Below, one piece after another: positions 39,623-50,484 of a stretch of 64,000 nucleotides of DNA. The notes below the pieces were generated by a model. That model was not told the DNA's origin. It saw only the letters and a program-made list of their open reading frames with translations, and made no database searches. The stretch is from contig JBMNLZ010000002.1 of assembly GCA_050953065.1 (NCBI GenBank), positions 288,001 to 352,000 on the forward strand. The letters are read 5' to 3'. The first letter of the stretch is position 1. Each line of letters opens with the position of its first letter. The translations under genes were made by a program, and so were the position numbers. Origin of the DNA: Bacilli bacterium (GTDB lineage Bacteria; Bacillota_I; Bacilli_A; ML615J-28; CAG-698).

Positions 39623-40795
39623 ATGATGAATGAAGATATAAGAGTAAAAGTTTTTGATAAGAAAAAGATTTTGAAAAATTATTTAATTAATTCAGGTGCT
39701 ATATTAGCTGTATTAATAATTCTTTCATTGCTTGGAAGAGAAAATCCTTCTGATCTTAGAAACTTAATTATTTTAGCATCAATTAATATTTTAGCGGCTG
39801 TTTCACTTAATATGATGTGCGGGTCATTGGGTGAACTAGTTTTAGGGCATGCAGGCTTTATGTTAACAGGAGCCTATGCAGCTGGTATTTTTACTAAAGC
39901 ATGGCAAGTGTCAGATAAACTAATGGTTAGATTTGTAATGCAACCAGCGGGTTACTTACAAATAATCCTAGCAGTTCTTATTGCAGGGCTAGTTGCTGCA
40001 TTACTGGCTTTTATTATTTCAATACCATTTTTAAGATTAAAGGGTGACTATCTAGCTATTGTTACGTTAGGGTTTACTTTGATAATGGTAACAGTAGCGG
40101 TTAATATGCCAATGTCTCCTGAATCAGGATGGTATACAAGTGGTGCTCAAGGTTTAATTGGAGTTCAAAATATCTTGGAAATAAATGCCTTTATGGCAGT
40201 TGCTATAATGATTCTTTCTGTAACGATTATCTTATTGTTTATGCTTTCAAGGCACGGGCGTGCAATTCTTGCAATTAGAGAAGACTATATTGCAGCTGAA
40301 GCATCTGGAATTAAGGTTAATAAATACAAGGTTATTACTTTTGTTATTTCAGCTTTCTTTGCTGGTGTTGCTGGTGGAGTATATGCTTTTTATAATAATG
40401 TAGCGCCAACAAAATTTTCTTTTGAAAAATCAATTGAAATTTTAGTTATGGTAGTTTTAGGTGGAATAGGATCTTATACTGGATCAATTCTTTCAGCCTT
40501 TGCTCTTACGGCTCTACCAATTTTATTATTAGATTTTTCAAGATATCAAAAGTTAGTATATGCGATAATTTTATTAGTAGTTATGCTTATTAAACCAACG
40601 GGACTTTTCGGAACAAAAGAATTTACTTGGAAAGCCTTAAAAGAAGCTCCGAAAAAATTTTATGCTTGGTTAAAAGCATTACCTAAGAATATTTCTAATG
40701 GATTTAAAAATTTAGGTCAAAAGATTAAATATATCTTTAAAAAACCTTCTAACGAAGTAGTTGAGTCAGGAGGTAATAAAGATGAAAGAAAATAG
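39623..40795 (+). CDS. livM: BCAA ABC transporter permease
   Basis: LGHAGF, LRLKGDYLAIVTLGF. Confidence 0.92.
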   Translation: MMNEDIRVKVFDKKKILKNYLINSGAILAVLIILSLLGRENPSDLRNLIILASINILAAVSLNMMCGSLGELVLGHAGFMLTGAYAAGIFTKAWQVSDKLMVRFVMQPAGYLQIILAVLIAGLVAALLAFIISIPFLRLKGDYLAIVTLGFTLIMVTVAVNMPMSPESGWYTSGAQGLIGVQNILEINAFMAVAIMILSVTIILLFMLSRHGRAILAIREDYIAAEASGIKVNKYKVITFVISAFFAGVAGGVYAFYNNVAPTKFSFEKSIEILVMVVLGGIGSYTGSILSAFALTALPILLLDFSRYQKLVYAIILLVVMLIKPTGLFGTKEFTWKALKEAPKKFYAWLKALPKNISNGFKNLGQKIKYIFKKPSNEVVESGGNKDERK

Positions 40796-41564
40796 AAAAA
40801 TTGTTTTAGAAACAAAGGACTTAGAAATTAATTTTGGTGGACTTCAAGCAGTTAAAGAATTAAACATGAAGATTTATGAAAAAGAATTAGTTGGATTAAT
40901 TGGTCCAAATGGGGCTGGTAAGACTACTGTCTTTAATTTAATCACTGGAGTTTATAAAGCAACTAGTGGCTCAATTTATCTTTGTGGGGAAAGTATTTTA
41001 AATAAACTTACTCATGAAAGAGTAAAAAAAGGAATTACTAGAACTTTTCAAAATATAAGACTTTTTAAAAATTTAACAGTTTTAGATAATGTAAAAGTTG
41101 CTTGTAATATTAATATGAAATATTCAATGTTAGCTGGAGTCTTTCGTCTTCCAAGTTACTGGAAAGAAGAAGCTATGGTTGAAAAGAAAGCATTAGATAT
41201 TTTAAAGGTTTTTGGTCTTGAAGGTTATGCAAAGCAACTAGCTAGTAATTTACCATATGGTAAACAAAGAAAATTAGAAATTGCTCGTGCTTTAGCATCA
41301 GATCCAAAAATTATTTTACTAGATGAACCAGCTGCAGGAATGAATCCAACTGAGACTCAAGAGTTAATGGAAACAATTAGTATCATTAGAGATAAGTTTA
41401 ATGTAACGATTCTTTTAATTGAACACGATATGAAATTAGTTATGGGGATTTGTGAGAGAATTTATGTTTTAAATTATGGTGAACTAATTGCAAGTGGTAC
41501 TCCAAAAGAAGTTGCTCATAACGAAAAGGTCATTACTGCATATCTAGGAACTGGAGAAATATAA
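40782..41564 (+). CDS. livG: BCAA ABC transporter ATP-binding protein
   Basis: GPNGAGKTT, RTFQNIRLF, LPYG. Confidence 0.94.
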   Translation: MKENRKIVLETKDLEINFGGLQAVKELNMKIYEKELVGLIGPNGAGKTTVFNLITGVYKATSGSIYLCGESILNKLTHERVKKGITRTFQNIRLFKNLTVLDNVKVACNINMKYSMLAGVFRLPSYWKEEAMVEKKALDILKVFGLEGYAKQLASNLPYGKQRKLEIARALASDPKIILLDEPAAGMNPTETQELMETISIIRDKFNVTILLIEHDMKLVMGICERIYVLNYGELIASGTPKEVAHNEKVITAYLGTGEI

Positions 41565-41565
41565 T

Positions 41566-42300
41566 ATGGCAAGATTTATATTAAAAGTTAAAGATATTAG
41601 TGTTAGTTATGATGCTACAATTAGAGCAATTCATAATGTTAGTGTTGATATAAAAGAAGGTAAGATTGTAGCTTTTATTGGAGCCAATGGTGCAGGAAAG
41701 ACTACAATTTTAAAAACTATTTCAGGACTACTTCGTCCAACAAGTGGTGCAATCCATTGGTTAAATGAAGATGGAACAATTCTTGATTTAATAAAAATAG
41801 AACCACATAAGATTTTACAACTTGGCATGGCTCATGTACCTGAAGGTAGACAAGTCTTTGCTAATCTAACAGTTCAAGAAAATCTTGAAATGGGAGCATA
41901 TGTTATTAAAGATAAAAAGAAAATAGAAGAAAATATGCAGAAGATGTTTGAAAAGTTTCCAAGATTAGCAGAAAGAAAAAAACAACTTGCAGGAACTTTA
42001 TCTGGTGGGGAACAACAAATGTTAGCGATAGCTCGTGCTTTAATGAGTAATCCTAAAATCTTGTTATTAGATGAACCTTCAATGGGCTTATCACCAATTT
42101 TAGTTTCAGAAGTATTTGAAATTATCCAAGAGATTAGAGATATGGGGACTACAATTTTAATTGTTGAACAAAATGCACGTATGGCTTTATCAATTGCTAA
42201 TTATGCTTATGTTTTAGAAACAGGTAGAGTTGTAATGCAAGGCGATGCTAAGGAATTACTTAAAAACGATGAAGTAAGAAAAGCATATTTAGGTGCATAA
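41566..42300 (+). CDS. livF: BCAA ABC transporter ATP-binding protein
   Basis: GANGAGKTT, VPEGR, LSGGEQQM, AYLG. Confidence 0.94.
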   Translation: MARFILKVKDISVSYDATIRAIHNVSVDIKEGKIVAFIGANGAGKTTILKTISGLLRPTSGAIHWLNEDGTILDLIKIEPHKILQLGMAHVPEGRQVFANLTVQENLEMGAYVIKDKKKIEENMQKMFEKFPRLAERKKQLAGTLSGGEQQMLAIARALMSNPKILLLDEPSMGLSPILVSEVFEIIQEIRDMGTTILIVEQNARMALSIANYAYVLETGRVVMQGDAKELLKNDEVRKAYLGA

Positions 42301-42388
42301 TCAAAAAATTATAATTAATCTATGTTTATTTAAAAAAACATAGATTTTTTTATCTTGAAATATGGTATAATATGAGTAGGTGAAATAT

Positions 42389-42961
42389 ATGTGGTTTAAT
42401 ATAAAAAGTAGATTACCTGTCTTTGAAACTGAAAGGTTAATCGTAAGAGAAGTAGAATTAGATGATGCAGCTGATTTTTATGAATATGGTAAATTAGCTA
42501 ATATTGGAGATGCTGCTGGGTGGGAAGCGCATTATAGTAAATATGATAGTAGAATGAGAATTGAGATAATGCGCAAAAAAACTGATTCTAATCATTTAGG
42601 ATTATTTAGTGTTGTTTTAAAATCCGAAAATAAGATGATAGGGACAGTTGAACTACATAGCTATCAACCAAAATTTAAAGCAGAATTAGGATATACTATT
42701 AACCCTAAATATTGGGGAAATAATTATGCAGTTGAAGCTAGTAAAGCTTTACTAAAATGGGGGTTTAAAGAATTAGGATTAAAAAGAATAGAATGTTCTT
42801 GTTATTTAGATAATGTACAATCAATGAGGGTTTGTGAGAAACTTCTTTTCACAAACGAAGGAATTAAAAAAAGAGGATATATAAATTATAAAGGCGAATG
42901 TGTTGATATTATGACTTATGCACTCACAGTTGATGAGTATTATGAAAGGTATGGAATATGA
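42389..42961 (+). CDS. GNAT acetyltransferase, RimJ/RimL family
   Basis: ETERLIVR, ELGYTINPKYWGNNYAVEA. Confidence 0.88.
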   Translation: MWFNIKSRLPVFETERLIVREVELDDAADFYEYGKLANIGDAAGWEAHYSKYDSRMRIEIMRKKTDSNHLGLFSVVLKSENKMIGTVELHSYQPKFKAELGYTINPKYWGNNYAVEASKALLKWGFKELGLKRIECSCYLDNVQSMRVCEKLLFTNEGIKKRGYINYKGECVDIMTYALTVDEYYERYGI

Positions 42962-43686
42962 AAAAATATTTAATTTTAATTGTTTTACTTTTGTCTTTAA
43001 CAGGTTGTGAATTTTTGGAAGAAACTTTTTCTAATAATACTGTACCGATGGCAAGCATTAATGCAATTAGTCAAAATGTTATTAAATCAAATATTGAGAT
43101 TACGGTAAAACCATATACTCTAAATTATTTAAGCCAAAAGGTTTATAGTGATCACTTTATTAGTGGTAGTGGAGTAGTTTATGCTATTAAAAATGAAGAT
43201 ATTTATCTTTTAACTAATAGACATGTTGTTATTCCTAATGGGGGAAGTAATTATGATTATTTGATTCAAACAGTTAATGGGACTGAAGTAGAAGCAAGAT
43301 ATATTTATAGTTCTGATATTTATGATTTAGCAATTTTAGCTTTTACAAAAACAGATACTTTAGCAGAAGAAGTTGCTAAGATTAGATTTGCTAGTGAAAA
43401 TGAAATTTTAGGTGGAGTAGTTTATGCTGTTGGATCTCCTTTTGGAATGAACAATATTTTAACTGTTGGTAAGGTTTATAAATACAGTAATATTGATGAA
43501 GTAGATTTTCAAATTGTTTTGCACACTGCTCCAATTAATACAGGAAATAGTGGAGGAATGTTAATCAATAAAGATTATTATTTAGTTGGTATTAATACTT
43601 GGAATGTTACAGTTAATGGGACTTCTTATAGTGGAGCAACGCCAATATTAGAAGTGTTAGAGTTTTTAGAATCAGCTCCTAAATAA
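42958..43686 (+). CDS. Trypsin-like (S1C/HtrA-type) serine protease lipoprotein without PDZ domain
   Basis: LTGC lipobox; GSGV, TNRHV, DLAIL, GNSGG triad motifs. Confidence 0.88.
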   Translation: MKKYLILIVLLLSLTGCEFLEETFSNNTVPMASINAISQNVIKSNIEITVKPYTLNYLSQKVYSDHFISGSGVVYAIKNEDIYLLTNRHVVIPNGGSNYDYLIQTVNGTEVEARYIYSSDIYDLAILAFTKTDTLAEEVAKIRFASENEILGGVVYAVGSPFGMNNILTVGKVYKYSNIDEVDFQIVLHTAPINTGNSGGMLINKDYYLVGINTWNVTVNGTSYSGATPILEVLEFLESAPK

Positions 43687-43724
43687 AATAAAACTCGCTT
43701 AGTTTTAAGCGAGTTTTATTTTTT
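43685..43724. terminator. Bidirectional intrinsic terminator
   Basis: aaaataaaactcgctta / taagcgagttttatttt between convergent genes. Confidence 0.8.
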
Positions 43725-43896
43725 AAATTTTAGATTCTTTAAATAGTCTTTTTAACTTTTACACCTTCATAATTTTGTATCCGTTCGAAGTACAAGTTCA
43801 ACTACTTAACTTTAAATAATAATTCCTAACTATATAAAAGTAAAAAAACCTATTTTAAAAGTATAAATTAAAAGCTAGATATCTTCTTTACAGAAC

Positions 43897-44937
43897 CTAT
43901 ATTATTAAATCAGCTCTTAGAATTATATCTTGTGTATCATAATATTTTTTTTCCATAGGAAGCCAAGTTTTTTTAAATTTAGGATAGAGTTTTTTATCGC
44001 GCTTAATTAATCGCTTTTTTTGTTCTTCTTTGGTTACATCTAAATAGATTAATCTTTTATAAAATCTTCTAAAAACATCTAAATAACTAAAGACTCCTTC
44101 AATGATAACTAAAGAATGTATGAATTCTCTTTTTTCAAAATATTTTTGAGTTTTACAATTAAAAGCTTGAAAAGAAATCTCTTCATTTTGCGATAGCCTT
44201 GAGATAACATCTTTTAAAGCATCTACATCAATATTACCACCTAAGGTAGATAATTGTTTTCTTGTTTGGAGAGTTTTTGGTAAAAAGAAATCATCCATAT
44301 GAATAATTGTAATGTTTTGTTCACGCAAGTTTTTAGCCAGAGTCGTTTTACCTGAAGCAGCTTTTCCTTCTAGGGCTATTATATTAAAACGGTTGCCTTG
44401 TTTAAAGTGTTTAATGTAGTTTTTAAATTGTAAGTCTTTCATGTAAGATGGCATAACGCTTTTAGATATTACTCTATAATGAGGATTATATTTTTCTTTA
44501 TAGATTTTTGAATGACTTAATGGCTTAATTTCTTTTAAATAATTATTGATAAAATCTTTTGAAGAATTATAGTCTAATTTTATTTTTTGATCTTTAATTA
44601 ATGAAAGTAAAAGTTTTAAACTTTTTTTAAAACCTTTAGTATTTTTCTTTTTAGAAAAAGAATTAATAAACCATTCATTAACTTCTTCTAAAGGGATATT
44701 ATTAGCTTTAATGGCACTTAAGTTTAGTCTTACTGTATTTAAGCCAATATCTTCATAGATAAAAAAAGGTATTTCATAATCTAGACTATCAATTTCGTCT
44801 GTAAGCATTTTTAAAGAAGTTTTTTTATCTAAAGATAGGTGTTCTCCTTTAAAAAAACTTTGATAAAGAAGTTTTATGAAATCCTCTATTTGCATCTGTG
44901 GATATTTTTTGTAGTGATGTAATAATATTTCTCTCAT
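43897..44937 (-). CDS. Unknown N-terminal domain fused to a uridine-kinase-like P-loop kinase
   Basis: IALEGKAASGKTT, IHMDDFF, IIEGVFS. Confidence 0.75.
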   Translation of the reverse strand: MREILLHHYKKYPQMQIEDFIKLLYQSFFKGEHLSLDKKTSLKMLTDEIDSLDYEIPFFIYEDIGLNTVRLNLSAIKANNIPLEEVNEWFINSFSKKKNTKGFKKSLKLLLSLIKDQKIKLDYNSSKDFINNYLKEIKPLSHSKIYKEKYNPHYRVISKSVMPSYMKDLQFKNYIKHFKQGNRFNIIALEGKAASGKTTLAKNLREQNITIIHMDDFFLPKTLQTRKQLSTLGGNIDVDALKDVISRLSQNEEISFQAFNCKTQKYFEKREFIHSLVIIEGVFSYLDVFRRFYKRLIYLDVTKEEQKKRLIKRDKKLYPKFKKTWLPMEKKYYDTQDIILRADLII

Positions 44938-45064
44938 AGTAAATAAATTATATCATAAAATTAATAATTTTAGAATAAATAGATAAATTAAAATATTAGA
45001 TAATCTTGCTTAAATAGTTTGGTTTATGATATTATATATTAAGTAAATAAAGGATTAATTAGTC

Positions 45065-46519
45065 ATGAAAAAAATTATTAAAAGTAAAACATTTTTAGAA
45101 TATAAGGTTCCATCTATTAAAGAAGCACGCTTAAGGCTTGATAGAGTAACTCATCATTTAGATTATGAGTTAGATGAAAAATATCAAGGGCTTTTTAAAA
45201 ATAAAAAGTATTTACTTAAAACATATGGTTGTCAAGCTAACTTAAGTGATAGTGAAAAGATAGCTGGGATTTTAGAGTTTATCGGTTTTATAAAAACACA
45301 AACTGAAGAAGAAGCTGATTTAATTATTTTTAATACTTGTGCAATTAGAGAAAATGCAGAAGAAAGAGTCTTTGGAGAGTTAGGTAGAGTAAGTCAGTTA
45401 AAATATAAAAAGAATGATTTAATAATTGTTGTTTGCGGGTGTATGCCTCAAGAAGAAAAAACAGTCAGTCTAATCAAACAAAAATATAGACATGTTGATT
45501 TAGTAATTGGGACTCATAATTTTTATAGAATTGCTGAATATTTAAAAACTCTTTATGAGACTAATCAAAGAATGACAGTGGTTTATTCTAAAGAAGGAGA
45601 AGTTGTAGAAGTAGGCTTTTCAAAAAGAGAAAGTAAAGTTAAAGCTTGGGTTGACATTATGTATGGCTGTGATGAGTTTTGTACATACTGTATAGTCCCT
45701 TATACTAGAGGAAAAGAAAGATCAAGGCTACCTGAAAATATCATTAATGAAGTTAAAGAGTTGATTAATTTAGGTTATCAAGAAATAACTCTTTTAGGTC
45801 AAAATGTTAATTCATATGGAAAAGATTTAAATCTTAATTATTATTTTAGTGATTTATTAAATGATTTAGGAAAATTAGAAATTCCTAGAATTCGTTTTAC
45901 AACAAGTCATCCTAAAGACTTTGATAAAGAAACTGCTATAGCAATGGCAAACAATAAAAACATTATGCCACACCTACACTTACCAGTTCAATCTGGAAGT
46001 AATAAAATCTTAAAAAAGATGAATAGAAAATATACAAAGGAAGAATATTTAGAAAAGATTAACTTTTTAAAATCTTTAATTCCAGACATCTCTCTTACTA
46101 CTGATATCATCGTAGCTTTTCCAGGAGAAGAAAAAGAAGATTTTGAAGAAACTCTAGATTTAGTTAGAAAAGCTAACTTTGAAGGAGTTTACACTTTTAT
46201 TTATTCTAAAAGAGAAGGAACTCCAGCTGCAAAACTAGAAAACAATTTAGAAGAAGATGTAAAAAAAGAAAGATTATATAAATTAAATGAATTAATTAAT
46301 GAAGGTTTTGCTAGAGGAAATAAAAGATTTGAAGGAGAAGTTGTAGAAGTTTTAGTAGATGGAATAAGTGAGAAAAATGATTTGCTTTTAATGGGCTATA
46401 CTAAACATAATAAATTAGTTAATTTTGAAGGTGATAAATCTTTAATTGGAAGAATCGTTAATATTAAAATTACTAAAACTTATACTTGGCATTTGTTTGG
46501 TGAGGTAGTAGATAAATAA
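45065..46519 (+). CDS. miaB: tRNA (N6-isopentenyl adenosine-C2) methylthiotransferase
   Basis: TYGCQAN, NTCAIRENAE, GCDEFCTYC, TRAM domain. Confidence 0.95.
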   Translation: MKKIIKSKTFLEYKVPSIKEARLRLDRVTHHLDYELDEKYQGLFKNKKYLLKTYGCQANLSDSEKIAGILEFIGFIKTQTEEEADLIIFNTCAIRENAEERVFGELGRVSQLKYKKNDLIIVVCGCMPQEEKTVSLIKQKYRHVDLVIGTHNFYRIAEYLKTLYETNQRMTVVYSKEGEVVEVGFSKRESKVKAWVDIMYGCDEFCTYCIVPYTRGKERSRLPENIINEVKELINLGYQEITLLGQNVNSYGKDLNLNYYFSDLLNDLGKLEIPRIRFTTSHPKDFDKETAIAMANNKNIMPHLHLPVQSGSNKILKKMNRKYTKEEYLEKINFLKSLIPDISLTTDIIVAFPGEEKEDFEETLDLVRKANFEGVYTFIYSKREGTPAAKLENNLEEDVKKERLYKLNELINEGFARGNKRFEGEVVEVLVDGISEKNDLLLMGYTKHNKLVNFEGDKSLIGRIVNIKITKTYTWHLFGEVVDK

Positions 46520-46564
46520 TTTAAAAATAAATTATGAAAAAAGAAACTCTTATTTTGAGTTTCT

Positions 46565-47725
46565 TTATTTATCTCTATTTTTAAGAAGTATTTTTCCAGG
46601 TAAAGGACGTTTACTTTTTGAAATTGCATTTTGTGGGCAAACCTCAGCACAACACCAACATCTAATACATTGTTTTTTCTTTAATTTAGGGAATTCTTTT
46701 GGTTTTATCTTCATTGCTTTTGGAGGACATATTTTAGCACATTCCCCGCATTTAATACAAAGGCTATTATCTATTACAGGATGTTCTAATAAAAGGTTTC
46801 TGATTGGTTTAAATTTAATTAGTCTAAGAGCTTTAATACTCATTGAATCTTTTGGTGGAATAAACTTTAAGTTTAATTTCTTATAATCATCACCAAGGAT
46901 AGTAATATTTTTAATATTACTTTCTCCATAACCTCTTTTTCCAGCAATTTTTGTGATAAACAATTTATCATAATCAAGTCCTACAGCATCAACTGCTACA
47001 GTATCTAGGCTAATTGCATCAAGTGAAGTTAAAATTAGTTTTGAATTAATAGGACTTCCAGCAGTTGAAGGCCCTTCACCTTCAAGTCCTATAATCCCAT
47101 CACAAACATTAATAATAGTTTTACCACCTCTAGCCTCAAGCAAAGCTCCATATAAATCATTCATCATCTCTCCAAATTGTAATGGGTCAGATGCTTTAAC
47201 ATGCCAAGCTCCTTTACTTAAACCATAAATTAAACCAAAGAAGTTTTTTTCAGCTACGGTCATATAAGCAAGAGCATGAGTTTTTAGTTTTGGAAGGTTA
47301 ATTAAAACATCAGCTTCAATCATTTCTTTTGAAACTTCAAAGGCACTATAGTATTTATAATTAGAGTTTTCAATATGTGCGAAATTTTTTGGATTAAAGA
47401 AAGGGATTTGTTCTTCTTGAACTGTTTTATACATTCCGTTTTTCTTAAAACAGTGAACCATTTCTTTTGTAGCGGGATTATCACCTACTATGATATTTGA
47501 AGTAATTGGTTTTATTAGTTGAATAACTGCTTTTAAAAAGATGGGATTAGTAGTGATTGCTTTTGATACATCAAAAGCACCTAAACAATTAACCTTTAAA
47601 AAAACAGATTGATTAGGTTTAATTAAATTGTTTAGGCCACCTAATAAATCAAAACTTTCAGTTAGTTTTGATTTTATAGTTTCTAAATCGTATTCTTCAC
47701 ATATTTTTACTACTACTTTACTCAT
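46565..47725 (-). CDS. DUF362 domain protein with C-terminal 2x[4Fe-4S] ferredoxin
   Basis: INLPKLKTH, EGEGP, CIKCGECAKICP, CIRCWCCAEVCP. Confidence 0.88.
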   Translation of the reverse strand: MSKVVVKICEEYDLETIKSKLTESFDLLGGLNNLIKPNQSVFLKVNCLGAFDVSKAITTNPIFLKAVIQLIKPITSNIIVGDNPATKEMVHCFKKNGMYKTVQEEQIPFFNPKNFAHIENSNYKYYSAFEVSKEMIEADVLINLPKLKTHALAYMTVAEKNFFGLIYGLSKGAWHVKASDPLQFGEMMNDLYGALLEARGGKTIINVCDGIIGLEGEGPSTAGSPINSKLILTSLDAISLDTVAVDAVGLDYDKLFITKIAGKRGYGESNIKNITILGDDYKKLNLKFIPPKDSMSIKALRLIKFKPIRNLLLEHPVIDNSLCIKCGECAKICPPKAMKIKPKEFPKLKKKQCIRCWCCAEVCPQNAISKSKRPLPGKILLKNRDK

Positions 47726-47852
47726 ATCTTATCACCATAAATAATTATACTAAAAAATCATTTAAAAAAGAAGTATAAATTTTATATTAATTATACTAGT
47801 GATTTTTTAAGTAAATTATGATAGAATAAGATAAATGTAGGCGAGGTGTCTT

Positions 47853-50474
47853 ATGAAAAAAGCAGTATTAATTGATGGCAATAGTTTAATGTTTAGAGCT
47901 TTCTATGCAACCTTTTATGGGAATGTTATGAGAAGTTCTACTGGACTATATACTAATGCAATTTTTGGTTTTGTTAATATGATGAATAAAATCTTAGAAA
48001 CCGAGTATGATTATATCTTTGTTGCTTTTGATGTAGGTAAAGAAACATTTCGTCATAAACGCCTTGAAAGCTATAAAGCAAATCGCTCTCAAATGCCAGA
48101 AGAAATGGCTATGCAAATAGATTACATTAAAGAATATCTGGATATCTTAAATATCAAACGTCTAGAAATGATAGAATATGAAGCAGATGATTTACTAGCA
48201 ATTGCAAGTAAGAATATCTATAATGATGTAGATGAGATTGAAATAATATCAGGTGACAAAGACCTACTACAACTAGTAAACGATAAGATAAAGGTCAGTT
48301 TAACTAAAAAAGGAATTACAGAATTATTAACTTATGATAATGATAACTTTTTCTCTCTTTTTGGATTAAACCCTAATCAAGTAACTGACTTTAAAGGATT
48401 AGTAGGAGATGCATCGGATAATTTGCCTGGTATTAAAGGAATTGGAGAAAAAACTGCTTTAAAACTTTTAACTGAATTTGGAAGCTTAGAAAATATTTAT
48501 AATAATTTAGATAAATTATCTGAAAGAAATAAAAATCTTTTCTTAGAGAATAAAGAGATTAGTTTTGAATGTAAATATCTTGCAACTTTAGTTCAAGATG
48601 ATAAAAGCATTTTATCGTTAGAAGATATTAAAAAAGAAGCGCCTGATTTAGAAAAACTTAATAAGTTCTATAGAGATTTAGAATTTTATTCATTCTTAAA
48701 GAAGTTAGAGATTGAAGAAAAAAGTGTAGAAGAATTAGACTATGAAATAATTTCAGATCTAAATTATGACTTTTCTTTTTTAAAAGAAGATTCAATAATT
48801 GAGGTTGAAATATTTGGTTTAAATTACTACAATGCTTTATTTTTAGGGCTTGGTATTATTTGTAATTTGAAAGCATATTTTATTGAAAAAGAAGTAGTTG
48901 TTAATTCTAAATCTTTAAAAGCATATTTAGAAAATGAAAAGTATAAAAAGAAAACATTTAATTATAAAAAAAATTATGTTGTTTTAAAAAAATTTGGAAT
49001 TTCATTAAATGGACTTGACTTTGATTTATTACTTGATAGTTATTTAATAAACCCTGATAATGCATCAGAAGATATTAAAAATATCGCTGATAGATATCTA
49101 GTTGTTTGTGAGAATTATTATGATGGAGTATATGGTTCTGGTAAAAAAGCTAATGTTCCTTTAATTAATGTTTATAGTAAATATGCAATAAGAAAATGTT
49201 TAGTAATAAAAGAGTTAGAAGAAAAAATTAAGAATGATTTAAAGGATATTAATTTATCATTATTAAAAGATGTTGAATATTATTTATCTAAAGTTTTAGG
49301 TGATATGGAAATATCTGGATTATTAATTAATAAAGCTAAATTAAATTCAATTGGAAAAGACTTAGAAGAAAAAGCATTAGCTAAAACTAATGAAATTTAT
49401 AAACAAGTAGGATATGAATTTAATATCTCATCTCCTAAACAATTAGCTGTAGCTTTATTTGAAAAGATGGGATTGCCAACTGGAAAGAAAAATAAAACAG
49501 GATATTCAACTGATTCAAATGTTTTAGAACAATTAAGTTATGAAGGCTTTAAAATAGCTGATGATATTTTAGAATATAGAACACTTGTAAAGATTAATAG
49601 TACTTATGTTTCAAGTTTAATTGAATTAGCTGATAACAAAAGTTATCTTCACCCATTATATAAACAAGCTCTAACAACAACAGGAAGACTTTCTTCATAT
49701 GATCCTAATATTCAAAATATGCCAATTAGAACTGAAACTGGTCAAGTAATAAGAGATGCATTTGTTTCTAGGTTTGTTAATGGCAGTATTGTTAGTGCTG
49801 ATTATTCTCAAATTGAATTAAGAGTTGTAGCTCATCTTTCAAATGATGATAATATGTGTCAGATGTTTAAGGATGGCTGTGATATTCATACAATTACAGC
49901 AAGTCAAATATTTGAAGTTAATCAAAATGAAGTAACGCCTACTATGAGAAGAACAGCTAAAGCAATTAACTTTGGAATTATTTATGGCATTAGTGCTTGG
50001 GGTTTGAGTAATAATGCTAAGATTACTCCAAAAGAAGCTGAGCTTTATATAAAAAAATATTTTAAAACTTTTCCTAAAGTAAAAACTTTCTTAGATGATG
50101 TAGTAGACTTTGCAAGAAAAGAGGGCTATACAAAGACACTTTTTAATAGAAGACGTTATATTAGTGAAATTAATAGTTCAAATAGAATGTTAAAAGAAGC
50201 ATCAGAAAGAACTGCGATGAATGCTCCAGTTCAAGGAACTGCAGCTGATATTATAAAAATTGCTATGAACTTAGTTCATAGTGAATTAAAAAGGAAAGGC
50301 TTTAGAGCACTTTTAATTGCTCAAGTACATGATGAATTGTTATTTGATGTACCGCATGATGAAGTAGAAGAAGTTAAAACATTAGTTAAAAAAATTATGG
50401 AAAATGCTGTTAGTTTAAGTGTACCCTTAGAAGTAGAGGTAAGTAGTGGGAAAACGTGGCTAGCGGCAAAATAA
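47853..50474 (+). CDS. polA: DNA polymerase I
   Basis: LIDGNSL, YEADD, ADYSQIELR, AKAINFGIIYG, QVHDEL. Confidence 0.98.
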   Translation: MKKAVLIDGNSLMFRAFYATFYGNVMRSSTGLYTNAIFGFVNMMNKILETEYDYIFVAFDVGKETFRHKRLESYKANRSQMPEEMAMQIDYIKEYLDILNIKRLEMIEYEADDLLAIASKNIYNDVDEIEIISGDKDLLQLVNDKIKVSLTKKGITELLTYDNDNFFSLFGLNPNQVTDFKGLVGDASDNLPGIKGIGEKTALKLLTEFGSLENIYNNLDKLSERNKNLFLENKEISFECKYLATLVQDDKSILSLEDIKKEAPDLEKLNKFYRDLEFYSFLKKLEIEEKSVEELDYEIISDLNYDFSFLKEDSIIEVEIFGLNYYNALFLGLGIICNLKAYFIEKEVVVNSKSLKAYLENEKYKKKTFNYKKNYVVLKKFGISLNGLDFDLLLDSYLINPDNASEDIKNIADRYLVVCENYYDGVYGSGKKANVPLINVYSKYAIRKCLVIKELEEKIKNDLKDINLSLLKDVEYYLSKVLGDMEISGLLINKAKLNSIGKDLEEKALAKTNEIYKQVGYEFNISSPKQLAVALFEKMGLPTGKKNKTGYSTDSNVLEQLSYEGFKIADDILEYRTLVKINSTYVSSLIELADNKSYLHPLYKQALTTTGRLSSYDPNIQNMPIRTETGQVIRDAFVSRFVNGSIVSADYSQIELRVVAHLSNDDNMCQMFKDGCDIHTITASQIFEVNQNEVTPTMRRTAKAINFGIIYGISAWGLSNNAKITPKEAELYIKKYFKTFPKVKTFLDDVVDFARKEGYTKTLFNRRRYISEINSSNRMLKEASERTAMNAPVQGTAADIIKIAMNLVHSELKRKGFRALLIAQVHDELLFDVPHDEVEEVKTLVKKIMENAVSLSVPLEVEVSSGKTWLAAK

Positions 50475-50484
50475 GGGGGTTAAA

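Noticed and set aside
43730-43896. Possible ncRNA, LexA box or short peptide between convergent genes
   Set aside because: Only a weak stem; GAAG-N5-GTTC does not fit GAAC-N4-GTTC; the 20-codon frame lacks support.
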